From the human T2T-CHM13v2.0 reference genome, Homo sapiens, in the NCBI RefSeq assembly GCF_009914755.1, contig NC_060938.1: DNA of 64,000 bases; one strand, 5' to 3'. This document shows, piece by piece, positions 12,326 to 24,999 of this stretch. Below the pieces are notes generated by a model that saw only the letters and a list, made by a program, of their open reading frames with translations, ran no database searches and was not told the origin of the DNA. The stretch's first letter is position 1. Each line of letters starts with the position of its first letter. A program made the position numbers and the translations under genes.

Positions 12326-12834
12326 TCACTCAACAATCAAAAGAGGAATTTGTACTCAACAAGCACCCATTTTAAGACCTGATCATTTCTATTCTGTTAT
12401 CTTTGGGACCTACCTGCATCCTTTCTTCCAAACAATCGATCACAGTGAACTATACAGATTGTTTAAAGAGCACAGTTTACCCTTACTTGTATCTGAGAGA
12501 AGTGGGGGATAGTTATATAAGGTAAATCATATCCAGCTTCATGGTGTAGCTTAGAGTAGATTTGGCATAAACTCACTTTCTTTACAGCCTAATATTTACA
12601 GTTATATATGGTTCATACCACAGTCAGTGAAAGCTGAAGTAGTAGCAGTCACCTGTAAGGCGTTCCAAATCTGGACCCTTGTTACTTCTCCCACTGGTTC
12701 ATTCCATGCTCACCACACTGGCCTCGTCAAGGTTCCTAGAACACACTAGCAAATCCATTCAGGGCATCTGCCCTTGGTTTTGCCCTCTGCTCAGAACTCT
12801 TTTCCTTAAAAGAGCCACAGGGATCATCCACTCA

Positions 12835-13135
12835 TTTTCTTTTTCTTTTTTTTTTGAGACGGAGTCTCGCTGCCGCCCAGGCTGGAGTGCGGTGGCACGA
12901 TCTCGGCTCACTGCAGGCTCCGCCCCCCGGGGTTCACGCCATTCATCTGCCTCAGCCTCCCGAGTAGCTGGGACTACAGGCGCCCGCCACCTCGCCCGGC
13001 TAATTTTTTGTATTTTTGGTAGAGACGGGGTTTCACCGTGTTAGCCAGGATCGTCTCGATCTCCTGACCTCGTGATCCGCCCGCCTCGGCCTCCCAAAGT
13101 GCTGGGATTACAGGCGTGGGCCACCGTGCCCGGCC
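12835..13135 (-). mobile_element. Full-length young AluY, probably AluYe lineage
   Basis: CpG-rich; 2-bp deletion in gtctcgctg.cgccc, ctgcaggctccgccccccggggttc and ccacctcgcccggc; TSD catccactcatttt / catccacttatttt. Confidence 0.9.
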
Positions 13136-13303
13136 CATCCACTTATTTTAAAGTGACTCAAGTGGTACTTCCACAGTAAGACTTTTCCTAACTATCCTAT
13201 TTAAAATAGCAAGCCACTGATACTTCCTGTCCCCTTTCCTGCTTTTTCTCTTAAGCATTTATCACCAACACACACACTCCGTCCCTCCCCTATTTTTTCT
13301 TTC

Positions 13304-13337
13304 TGTGTGTATACGTGTGTGTGTTTGTATATGTATA

Positions 13338-13429
<92 letters not shown>

Positions 13430-13440
13430 TAGAGAGAGAG
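13304..13440. repeat. Compound microsatellite (TG)15(TA)21(CA)7(AG)5 with degenerate TG/TA lead-in
   Basis: Directly visible; occupies the tail position of the adjacent AluJ. Confidence 0.95.
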
Positions 13441-13719
13441 ACAGGATCTTGCTCTTTCACTCAGGCTGGAGTTCAGTGTGTGCTCATAGCTCACTGTAAC
13501 CTCAAACTCCTGAGGTCAAGCAATCCTCCTGCCTCAGCCTTCCAAGCTAGGACCACAGGTATGCACCCCCATGCCTGGCTAATTAAAAACATGTATTTTT
13601 TTAGATACAGGGTCTCACTATGTAGTGCAGGTTGGTCTTGAACTCCTGATCTCAAGTAATCCTCCCAGCTTGGCCTCCCAAAGTGCAAGGATTACAGGTA
13701 TGAACTACTACACCCAACC
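13436..13719 (-). mobile_element. AluJ
   Basis: gagacaggatcttgctct...catagctcactgtaacctcaaactcctg...gtcttgaactcctg; diverged AluJ-type sequence. Confidence 0.88.
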
Positions 13720-15782
13720 ACACTATATATTTTATTTGATTGGTAATTATCTGCCATGCACATTAAAACACAATCACCATGAAGGAATTTTTTTCTGGTT
13801 TCTTCACTATATTATATTTTATGTCCTAGATTACTGCCTGATCAGTAAATACATGTCAAATGACTCATCCTACAATCTAAGATTAGATTATTGCTTGCTC
13901 CTTACTTCAGATTTCAAAAAATTCAAATCCACCTAGATACCAAGGCAGACAAATGACTGAAGCAGGCTGGGGTGAGTCCCTGAGTGAAGTGATGAATGTG
14001 TGTCTGAAAAGAGTAATTATTTATGATCTCTACTGAAAATTGTGACCATATAGGAATAAGAATCATGTATTGTCATTTTCAGACTTTTCAAAAGTGGAAT
14101 AAAATGAGCACTTTGGGGTATAATCTAGTCTGTAAATGTAGGCACTAATTCAATTTGAGAACAAGAAGAATCCAAAAATAAAACCAAAACACTTTGCAAG
14201 ACAAACGAAATATGTCCAGAGGCAGAAAGCAGTCACAGCAGTTAGGAGGCCACATAATTTTCCCATGCTTGGGGTATATTAATTTAATTCCTCGTTTGGT
14301 TTCTAAATTTACCCTTTCTGTACTGATGCTCAAACTCTTAATGTTGCAGTTCTCTCTCTTACCCATAAGCTCTTGTCCCCATAAAGACATCACTGTCTCT
14401 TCCCTTTTTCCTCTTTACATTCTCTATTCTTTCAGCCTTTTCTGCCAGTAGCCCACACATAGTAAATTTTCAGAAGGAACATCTGCTTTGGAATCAGAAA
14501 AAAAGTGGGGAGGGGACAGTTGAATTATAGTTTTACCTCTTAATCGCTCTGAGAGCTTGAAGAAATGTCTTCATCTACAATCTCTAATTTTCTTACAGTG
14601 TTTGAGTTCCCCTGGAAACCACTCCATTTTATCCTCTTCTTAAGCCTTGCAATCACTTCCCAATACTGTTCTTAGGTTGTCCTCCAGGGCTCTGGCTGCT
14701 CCTCCCCTGAGCAGCCTGAATCTGTCTTCTGCTTTATAGGGAGAATCACACAAGGCTCCTTTGTCTTCTTCGGAAAGTAAAATACTGGTGCTGTCACTCA
14801 TTTTACCACATACTGTTCTGGATTACTGAACTGCTCTCTCAACGCATTATCATCTACTTTCCTTACTTCGTCTAACACAAAAGGGAAAGAAGAAGAAACT
14901 GACTAATATAGAGACACAGAGAGAGAAAGAGTTAGGAAAAGAGAAAGACACAAAGATAGGAAAACCATGAAGGAGGAGGATAAGGAATAAGAAACAATTA
15001 TTATTTTGTTACGAATTATCCCTCATTCAAGGCAAAAGAATGGATGATGTAGCCTTAAAGCATAATCTTAAAGCACCACTTGTGTTCCATGATTCTGCGA
15101 CTACATGGTCATAATAAATAATTAAGATTGTATTTTATAGGGAGCCAAAATATTTATTTTTTGAAAAGCACATGTTTCTCCTTAGGATATTCTACTCACA
15201 ATATCTTCTGTTATTATGCCTTTAACAGACATTTAAAAACTCATCTTTATTTCTGAAAAGATTTGTATTTAGACAATTTCCTGTGAGTTTTGTAAAAACC
15301 CCTGAGAAGCAATTCGATGAATCGGTTGGTACACAATATAAGTCAGAGGTTGATTATGATTAGTGTAGTTGATGCTTTTTCAGTTTTTATTTAATTTTAG
15401 TGATATTTATACTCTTACTGGTAAATTCAGAGTCAAGACTGTTACTATATCCTTTACACTCTAGTATAGTTTAAAGAGAGACAGTATTTTAAGTCATTAG
15501 TAGGTTGAAGACATAATAATATCATTTAAAAATTGCTATGTACCTACAAGTCAACTGGAGTAAAAATAAACCAGTTAAATCAGATTTTAAAAAAATTTTG
15601 ACAAAACAATTCTAAGGTGCTATTATAAAAATGCTACTTTATATACATTTTAGTATTGTTTTATTTTAATTAACAAGCAATAATTGCTTCTTATATTTGG
15701 CATTAACTAATTTGTGGATATTGACAACTGGATAATACAAAGATGTGTCAGACACTGTGTTGAATTAGAAAATAGATGTATA

Positions 15783-16078
15783 GGCTGGGTGCACTGGCTC
15801 ACACCTGTAGTTCCAACACTTCAGGAGGCCAAGCTAGGCAAATTGCTTGAGCCCAAGACTTTGAGACCTTCCTGAGAAACATGGCAAAAACCTGTCTTTA
15901 CAAAAAAATAGAAAAATTAGCCAGGCATGGTGGTGCACATCTGTAGTCCCAGCTACTTGGGAGCTGAGGTGGGGCAATCACTTGAGCCTGGGAGGTCGAA
16001 GCTGCTGTAAGCCATGATTGCACCACTGCACTCCAGCCTAGGTAACACAGTAAGACCCTGTCCCAGCGACAACAGCAA
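15783..16078 (+). mobile_element. AluJ
   Basis: gcttgagcccaag and gagcctgggaggtcgaagctgc are J-type; TSD agaaaatagatgtata (15767-15782) / agaaaatagatctata (16079-16094). Confidence 0.92.
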
Positions 16079-18769
16079 AGAAAATAGATCTATAAAAGTA
16101 TTTTATCTTTTAGGTTATAGAGTAATGCACGCACTCTAAAAAAACAAAAAGAATGGGAAGTAGAAAAATATTTAAAAAATGCAGAAAATAATAATTGCAA
16201 TTATGAAAGTGTGACAAACAACATCAGGCACGGAGTTCACTGTCTCATGGATTATTATAATTTGCCTTATTGTCTTAAGATGTACAAGCAGAAAGTAAAC
16301 ACTAACCTTGAAATAAGGAGATGGCTGGTTAAATCGTTGACACTTCAGTATAAAAGAGTTTAGGACATAAGCATGATCCAAAGCAATGAACTGAATATAA
16401 CTTCTGAGCAGATGACACCATCAATTTTCTAGTTTTTCCCCATGGTTAATAAGTTAATGACCCTTGTTCTTGCCACTTCAAATGAATATACTCAGATAAT
16501 TCAAAAATATCTTGTGTTCACTCATGCACCCTGCTAGAGGTATAGTCATAAATCATCTAATCTAGTCACCAGACTTCATAAAAATCTATAAATCATCAAG
16601 GGAGATGTTTTGAAAGATGCTATCTAAGAGATTAAGCACTAAAATATCATTTGGCAAAGTGAAAACTACAGAGCATTAGTCCAGTGAGCTTTCTAAGTAT
16701 AAAGAAGAGCAGGGGTCGGTTTCTTAACCTTCTCTGCCAGAGTCCAGAGTCCCAAAATATGTAACATAGAAAGGCTTTGAGAACATGTATTGCAAAAAAC
16801 CTGATTAACTTTGTTTAATCCAGTGTCTTTCCATTATATTTACTAGGAAACATTTAGCCAAACTTCTTTGGTCCTCCTCAGGCATATCTTGAAGCTTTGA
16901 GAACGGGTCTTACAAAGTTCTAATACTAAATATAGTCAAAAGAATTAAAGATAATGTCCACACATTTGAAATATAAAGACTATAGAAAGTATGTCAGAGA
17001 CTAAATGTTAAGATTAATATCACCAGTGAGAAAATAACTGTTATTAAAAGTCAAATTGTGTTCATGCCTAACCAGTCATGAGACTACGTGTGTAAGCTCC
17101 CTGATTTTTAAAAAAACCATTAGCAGGTTAAAGTGCATTTTACTAACTTGCTTTCCTAAGGTAAAATATACAATTTTCCTATTTAAAACTTGTAGTTATG
17201 GGCTAACAACTATAATAAAATATATGCTTCCTAAATTGCATATTTTTTTAATCGCCAGGAAAGCTCAATGTGAGGTAATTGTTGCCTCTTCAAATCCAAT
17301 TCTGAATGAATGGGTGGATGGGATATGTCAATCATGTGTCTGCCAAGCCTAATACTCCCCTCTCCAGCAAAGATGCTTCCTTGTAAGATAGTGCTATGCT
17401 GTTTGTTTTTTTGTGTGTGTTTGCTTTGTTGTTAATGCTATTGGTTGGTTTATTTTTTGTACAGAGGGTAGTCACTGATGGGTCCAGAGGAGTACACTGA
17501 ATACCAGGTCAACTGGTTAATGACCTGTGAAGTGCTGGGCTGTGAGGACTCTGTCTTCCCACAAGAGGTGAGGTTAATTAGCAAAGCCAATCACATTGTT
17601 TCTCCCATCCAGTCTGTACTAGATAATACAAAGAAGACTGTCTAATGGGATCAAACCTGTAGATACCATGACAGCAATATTACAGGGCCAATATGAAATA
17701 GCTTATTCCCAGAACCCTTTAGATCACCAAGGATGGCTGCAGTTTCAGACTGGATTTATTTTTAAAAGTAAAACAATCTTTTCTAAATTTAATCTAATTT
17801 ACTAACAGAATGATACCAAGATAAGTGAGTATAAAATTATTATCTAAATTCTGTGCCAACCAAAATTGATTTTAATTTTTTAAGAAAGAAGAATCATTTT
17901 CATTATTCAACTATGCAACACCAAGTTCAATATTTAAATGAAAAATGCTGGCCTTCTATTAGTATTGTGAAAATCTGTCAGGTTCTGTGACAAATGAGTT
18001 TCATATCCATGAATTAATCTGAAGTCACTGTTGGCTGTGTTTAATACTTGTGCAAAAAAAGAGAACAAAATAGGAAGGCTGATGCCACTAAAAGCTGATG
18101 TCTAAATCCTAAATGCATTTAAGTGTCCATATTTAATGGTTGAGAAGCAGTTTAAACTGCACAACATAAAATCCATCAACACACACTTTCACTAAAGAGG
18201 AAATCTCCATTTTGTGGTCAGATAGACTCAATATTTGGTTTGAAAACATCTCATGTTTCTATAGATCACAAAAGATTAGAAAGAGGGGCAGGGATCATGT
18301 GAGAGAGGTAGAATACACTTTATTTCTCAAAAAAGAACATGTTCATGATTTGATATACATTATAAAGAAGAATGAAAGCTATAGATTAAAGGTCTGCACA
18401 TACCAAAAGCAAAGGAAAACTATGCAGGGTTCTACTTATAATGTTTTATTTACACAGGTGACTTTCTTCCAACAAAGCTTTATTCCCTAAAACACATTTC
18501 AACTCTGTGGTTTCAATCAATGACATTTAAGAAATCGTCATGGTCAAAGGAAAAAAGAAGCTGCTTGGATTCTAACATCAAGTATTTAATAATGATAATA
18601 AGAAAAAAAAACAGCGGCAGTCTCATGTACAGTGGTGGGCTACAAAAAGAAATCAAGGAGATAGTGTGGGGGCGTGAAAGCAATGCCCTTCAAGTGCATC
18701 TGATCAATTTAAAAATAGTGTTTATTGAGATGCCTGGCTGGAATTAATGTAGCCCACTTTATGAACAGG

Positions 18770-19130
18770 TTGTATTTTAAGTGTTCATCTCAGTATGCAG
18801 TGCTGTGCTAAGCACTTTTGGGAAATATTTAGATGCTTTAAGCAGAATTTCTGCCTTTTAAATGACTGGTTTAATGGTGGAATGGAGAAAAAAGTACTGT
18901 ATTTAGGAGAAAAACAAAACTATTATGCCAAGTAGTATATTGGTATGCTAAAATAAATCCAAACATAATTTTATGATAATTCAGAAGAAGAGAAGTTACA
19001 GATGGGGAGAAAAATACTTTATATAGAAGCTTCATTTTAACATGAACTTGGAAAACATGATTTAAGCAGAATGATACAGCTTAACAGGCATGAGAATCTA
19101 GTAAGGATAGGAAATAGAGACTAATAAGAT
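18770..19130 (-). mobile_element. L2 fragment
   Basis: gtgctgtgctaagcacttt...ttctgcctt...tcagaagaagagaag pattern of L2 in reverse; highly diverged. Confidence 0.5.
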
Positions 19131-20564
19131 ACAGTGTGAGAGCAGCATGTAACTAGGTATGCTGCGAAGAAAGGAGTCCTGCTGGAAAACACTCAAGGGG
19201 GTCAGGTGGTTGCTCTGGGGAAAGATTAGAAGACACAGTTATTAATCAACTAATAATGTGGACTAATTTTGTGTAATATCCACACACATACAGGTATATG
19301 TTTACCTACAGAATCTACTCATCATAGTATTATTGAAGCAGGCTACAATATTTACTGAATATTGAATATGAAGAGAACCATCATATTTCTATGGGAAAAC
19401 AAATTCAAGGACTGTATTTGGACCATCAGGAAGTAATTCCATACAAATGTAGAAGTTTTGCTTTGCCACTAACTCTATCCAAAGAACATGAGAAATGGAA
19501 AGGCTCCAAAATGAGACACACAGGAAAATCCCTTTGGTTTTGACCAGGGATCTGGCCATCAAAGAAGGGTTGTGGGAGCTCCAGAAACAGGGGCTGAGTG
19601 TCTGGGATTTCAAATTAATTTAAAACCTTGAGAATGTTTCTTGGTCTCTCTAGCTCCTGGGTTATTCCCTTTTTTACCTTCAGTGGATCTCCAGAAAGTC
19701 AGGGAGTTAAATCTTGTTCACTTTAGAGCCTGATGCCTAGAACAGTACCTGATTCATTTTAGGCACACAGTAAATGGAATGAATTAATGTTAAAGCTGTC
19801 AGTAACTTATTTTAACCAAGGTTATTTGTCCTCCATGATTCACAAAGGAACAAAACAAGTTGTTTTTTAAAAAAAATTATCCCCAGTGTATATTTTCCTG
19901 AAGCATGTTATTTAGGCCCATTCAGTTTTTAATGAGGGTGTCTCACATGAATTACCAAAAGGAAATCTAGACTAAAACAGCTCTACTTTAGTCCTAACCT
20001 AATTTTTTCATTATTGATAAGACAGTGACAGCACAACAAGATTGAATTAAGACTCTTCTATACATGAAAGAAAGACTGCATCCAGTATATACAGAAGAGG
20101 GCCAGGGCAACAATAAAAGGTAATGGGCAGAATTGCAGTCATCAGTTGCCACATGCATTCATTACAGGCTTTGAAACCTTTGAACACTAGCCCCTTGGTT
20201 TTTCATCCTTGCACCTCTATTTTGTATCACTGTTGGTGCTCAACAGAATCAAAAACTGAAGGGGAGATCCTAAGAACATGATTTCTCCAACTTCCTCATC
20301 TTCCTGTTTTCCTTTCCTAGGTTTTATGTGTTTCCATCCAGGGTTTGGTCTGAATGGAATACAAAGTTGGGAGGACAGGAGTTGGGAATCAGTCATGCCA
20401 AGTAAGGGTGACAGTCAGAGAAACTGGCTGCAGCTAAGAGAGAAATAGCATTTTTCACAGCTACTTGACATTCCCAGGTTTGCCCAGGTAAAAGCATAAA
20501 AGTTGCTTACTGCTTTATAAACTTCTTTCAAAGCCTAAAATATGTTAAACACAGAGATTCTCAA

Positions 20565-20750
20565 ATAAGAAGTCTTGGATTTAAAATCTGGCTCTGTGCT
20601 TACTCTTGGTATGACCACGAACAAGTTAGTTAAATTCTATAACTGTAAATTCTGTAAAGCATCAATTGAGCATTTGTAAATGCATAAAAATTATATCCCT
20701 AGGTTTAGATGTGGTTGTTATTATTAAATACGATTAATCTAAAATCTTAA
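20565..20750 (+). mobile_element. MIR
   Basis: ggatttaaaatctggctctgtgcttactcttggtatgaccacgaacaagtta...tgttattattaaatacgat. Confidence 0.65.
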
Positions 20751-20759
20751 CCATCTAGT

Positions 20760-22195
20760 TAAAATTAATAACAACTTAATTTCCATGCAAAAACTTTGAT
20801 CCAATATAACTATGTTCGCCCCTCCCCTGCTTTCTGCTATTATTGTCACACAAATTACATCCTTATATATGATAAATCCACCAACCCAATTTCTAAAACT
20901 ATACTGTTGCCTTTTAAATCAGATAAAAAAGTTACAAACTAAAATATATTTGTACTCTCTTTTACATGCATGTGTAGAGTAACTTTTACCTGCGTTCTTT
21001 ATTACTTCATGTGGTCTCAGGTTACTGTCTAGAGCTCTCTCATTTAGTTTATTACATAGTTTCCTTTAGTTTGGTGAACATATGTAAAATAACTAACTTG
21101 AAGTCTTTCTCAATTGAACCCATCATCTGAACTTCCTCAAGAATAGTTTGTTTTGACTTTTTTTTTAAACCTCTGTATGAGCATTGCTTTCCTGTTTCTT
21201 GCGACTTTTTTTCTTTTTTTTTGGTTGAAAACGGGACAATTTAAGAAACAGATTCCTCCATCCCCATAGTTTGTTGTTGCTGCTGTTTGCTTAATGACTA
21301 ATTTTTTTGCTTAAGGACTAATCCAGAAAGTCTATATACTTTGTTACATGCATCCATAGAAGTCTCTGCTTAGTTAGCATATGAGCAGCAAATGATGAGA
21401 CAGAGATTTCTTAAATGCATTGAACCAGTAAGTTTCTTAGCTTTTGAATAGGAGCTCTCTGTGTGTATTGGAGGTGTGTTTTCAAAATTCTAACATTTAA
21501 AAACTGTCTTAGACTTCACTTCTTGTTTGTGCAAAGCCTCGAGATCAGTCAAGGGTGAGAAATTAAGGTCTTCTGAATTCCTTTCTGGGCATGCACACAA
21601 CCCTGAATGTGGCCAGCGTGCACATGCCTGCGGCCTTCTAGATCTCCAGAAGTATGGCGGACATTATCATATCTCCTATGGTCTTCTCTTTCCTTAAATT
21701 GTCCTTTAAAGTTGTAGTCAGTCTATTGTTTGGCCCAAATGGTATCACTACTTCAGACAGCAACAATGTTCACAACTGCAGCTGAGGTTATTTATTTTTT
21801 TTCAACAAACTCCTGAGTGATAGGCCTTTCCTCACTGAATGAGCTCTACGTAAGGTAAAAAAACATAGAACTTGTGAATGGGGCTTTTTCAGGGATCTGC
21901 CAGACAGGTCAAATAGTGACAAATCAGTGAGGATGGAGTTTTTTGAGGGGTTCCAAATCTGTTGTCTCTCACCAATGGATGATACCCTGCTGGTTTCCAT
22001 AGCTACTGCTTTCAGGAAGCTGCTGGTTGGTAAGGGAGAGTGGGATGAACATAGAGAAAGCAAAAAAATGCCACAAAGTTCTTTGCTCTTTTTGAAATTC
22101 AATGATTTTTCTCAAATAAATACTCTGGATTGTTGCAGCTTTTTGAGTTACTTCTAGAATTCTAAAAAAGTTCATGTTGATAGGTTTCACCAGTA

Positions 22196-22232
<37 letters not shown>

Positions 22233-22270
22233 GAACAGTTTTTTTTGGAGGTCCTTTTTCCACCATTCCA
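20760..22270 (-). mobile_element. Old mammalian L1 (L1MD/L1M4-type) 5' region
   Basis: T-rich strand with motifs recalled from old L1M 5' ends (tattattgtcacacaaattacatc, ggttactgtctag, ttgaaccagtaagttt); subfamily uncertain. Confidence 0.6.
22198..22229. repeat. (TC)n microsatellite
   Basis: Directly visible. Confidence 0.95.
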
Positions 22271-22428
22271 GTGTGGTTCTCTCATGATGGCACTTTACTA
22301 CCCAGAGTCAATGGTTTCTCTTAGTCTTCATCATTCTTTACTATCAGACTTTTCCTTTGGCTCTTATACTCTTATATTTTCAATATGCAAAGCATCAGCA
22401 ATTCTACCTATTCCTTGGCTTTGCTGAC

Positions 22429-22846
22429 TATTATGAACAAAATTAAGTTCCTTCCAAAATTCATAGGTTGGACCCCTAATATTCAATGTGACTGTATTTG
22501 GAGATATGGCCTATAAGAATGTAATTGAGGTTAAATGAGGTAATAAGGGTGAAGAGCCCTGATCTGATAGGACTGGTTGTCCTTATAAGCAGAGACACCA
22601 AAGAGCACTCTTTCGCTCTCATACTGCCAACCCTCCACATATGCATGCATTAAGGAAAGGCCCCATGAGCACACAGCAAGAAGGTGGCTGTCTATAAGCC
22701 AAGAAGAGAGCCCTCACCAGAAAGCGACTATGCTGCACCCTGATCTGCGACTTCTGGCCTCCAGAACTGTGAGACAATAATTTTGCTGTTGTTTAAGCCA
22801 TTTAATCTGTGGTATTTTGTTATGGCAGCCCAAGCTGACAAACACA
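22429..22846 (+). mobile_element. MLT1A/B MaLR LTR, inserted in an L2 relic
   Basis: caatgtgactgtatttggagat...ggttaaatgagg...gacttctggcctccagaactgtgaga...tttgttatggcagccc. Confidence 0.88.
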
Positions 22847-24999
22847 GCTACTATCCCCAAATCTCCTTCTCAACTCCTAAGCTCACTTGTGAATTGTTAG
22901 CATACTTTAAAAAAACTTCCTGCTGGGTATTGCTTCATTGATGTTCTTTTGTCCTCATGATTTCAACAAGTTCCAAAAAGAACTCATAACTAAATCAGTA
23001 CCCCTGCCCCCACGTCTTTCCTAATTTGAGCTAATGATTCACACTCCCAGGTACTCAGGTTCATATACTCTAGTAAAGTTAATTTTATAAAATGTCTTTC
23101 AAAGATATTTAGTGACAATTTCTAAACTAGATATTTAAGGCTAAATAGCATTTTATTTTCTTTACTAGTGACTTCTTTGTGAATAAAATGATTATAATCC
23201 CACTGTGGCTGTGGCTATAGGATACAGTACAATATGTTTGGCAAACCACTTCAATATGTTAATATTCCTTCACTTATTTCGGAATCAACAGTATCAAGCA
23301 TATAAAAGCCATGCTCTATAAATATAAAACCACTATCACAGACACTGATATTGCAGAGAATGTGTATGTGACACTAAATGAGTCTACAGTACTGTTGAAC
23401 AACCTATCAGTAGAGTAGATGATTTGGTGAAGAAAATCACAGAAATTCTTAGATGTTATGTAAGTTAATACATGATTCATTCACTGTTTTTTTTTTCACT
23501 TTTAAATTCACTATCCTGAAAAAAAGAAAAGACCAAATTCTTGTCTCACTATATGAGACTGCATCTTTGTAAACACTGCCCCTGCATTTAATAATAAAGC
23601 AGAATTCCTGAAATTATATGAATATTGCCAGATGGGACAATGGTTTTGCTTCTGTTACCAGTTATAATCAGTTCTGTTTAGGGGAATCTTATTTTTGATA
23701 ACCGGGTAACACACAGGAAAACACTCCCTTGTTTAATTTAAAGAGCAGAGGTTGGCCCAGCATTCACACTGAGAGTGGCAGAGTCCAAGTCAAGTTGCGG
23801 CCACCAGGCTGAATTGATCTCTATGGAACATGTAGGAGGCAAACCAACCTAGCCTTTTTAAAGCACAAATAGAGTCTTATTAATTTACACTTTTGAAGGG
23901 CATTCATAAAGGTGAAAGTACTTATTAAAATGAGAAAGATATGTGTAATATTAATGTATTAGTATATATGTAAATATTAAGTTAAAATACAAATCAACTT
24001 TAATAATTGTTTAATATAATTAAGAGGATAATATTGTTTTTGATTAAAAAAATATTTTGAAATGCATAGCTCTAAATTCTGCCTCCAGACTGCTTAGGTA
24101 GGTGGTTTTCCTTTAGCCTTTTATCACAGACCAGCCTTTAACTTATTAGGGTGATTTCTGATGACCAGCTCAGAAATAACTGAAGCCTGTTCTTTGCCTG
24201 GGGATAAACACTTTTGCTTTCTATGCTTTTCTGTTCTATCAAAACATATCTACTGCATGCAGCTGCACTTCAGGCTAAATATCATGATGTTCTCACTTCT
24301 TCACACCATACCTAAATAAAAACATATTGTTCTTCTGGGTTTCCATGAAACACCCTGACATTTTATTTAAATAAAGGATGTCCATGCCATCCTACATTAA
24401 TAATTTCAACCTTTCCCCCAATTTGATCTCTTATTAATCACTGATAGACATCTCTGCATTATCAGACATTTTATATATCAATCCTGCATCTCCCAAGAAT
24501 TCACACAAAATAAAAAGCAATAGAAATATTAATAGATGCAAAGCCAGGTCTCCCAAGACCTTAGTATTACATGTGGATATCTATTCCTTGACATATTGGA
24601 ACACAAAACAAACAAGTTCAAAAGAATTTGTAGCCATATTTAAGAATTTTTTTTTTCATGTAATACTTACAAGGTACAAATCAATTCCCATTTGTCCTTT
24701 CCCGGTAGATCTTATCTTTATTATTTTTGGAGCGGTAAGAGGAAATTAATATATGTGAAAGAGGAAAGTGAAAAACAGTAGGAGAAATAACATCAACAAT
24801 AGTATTTACAAAAGGACTCCAGTTATTTTTCTGTTTTCCAGCAAGAAAGGATACGTTATTTCTGAAAGATTTATGATCATTTGGGGCTTATTTTAAACCA
24901 GACTAAAAATAATATTTCAAGATATCAACTTTTCTAGTTTTCTTTCCTCCTCCCTTGCCATTTCATATTACCCTGCTTTTATCTCAATTCAGTGACCCT

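Larger units (their letters stand above)
12650..13870 (+). mobile_element. L2a fragment interrupted by AluYe and AluJ/microsatellite
   Basis: ccacactggcctc...ttcctagaacacac...cagggcatctgccctt before the Alu; ttcctaactatcctatttaaaatagc after it; L2 3' end resumes near 13720. Confidence 0.7.

Noticed and set aside
13201-13936. ORFs with CVCV/YIYI/THTH runs and Alu-like peptides
   Set aside because: Translations of a microsatellite and an AluJ.
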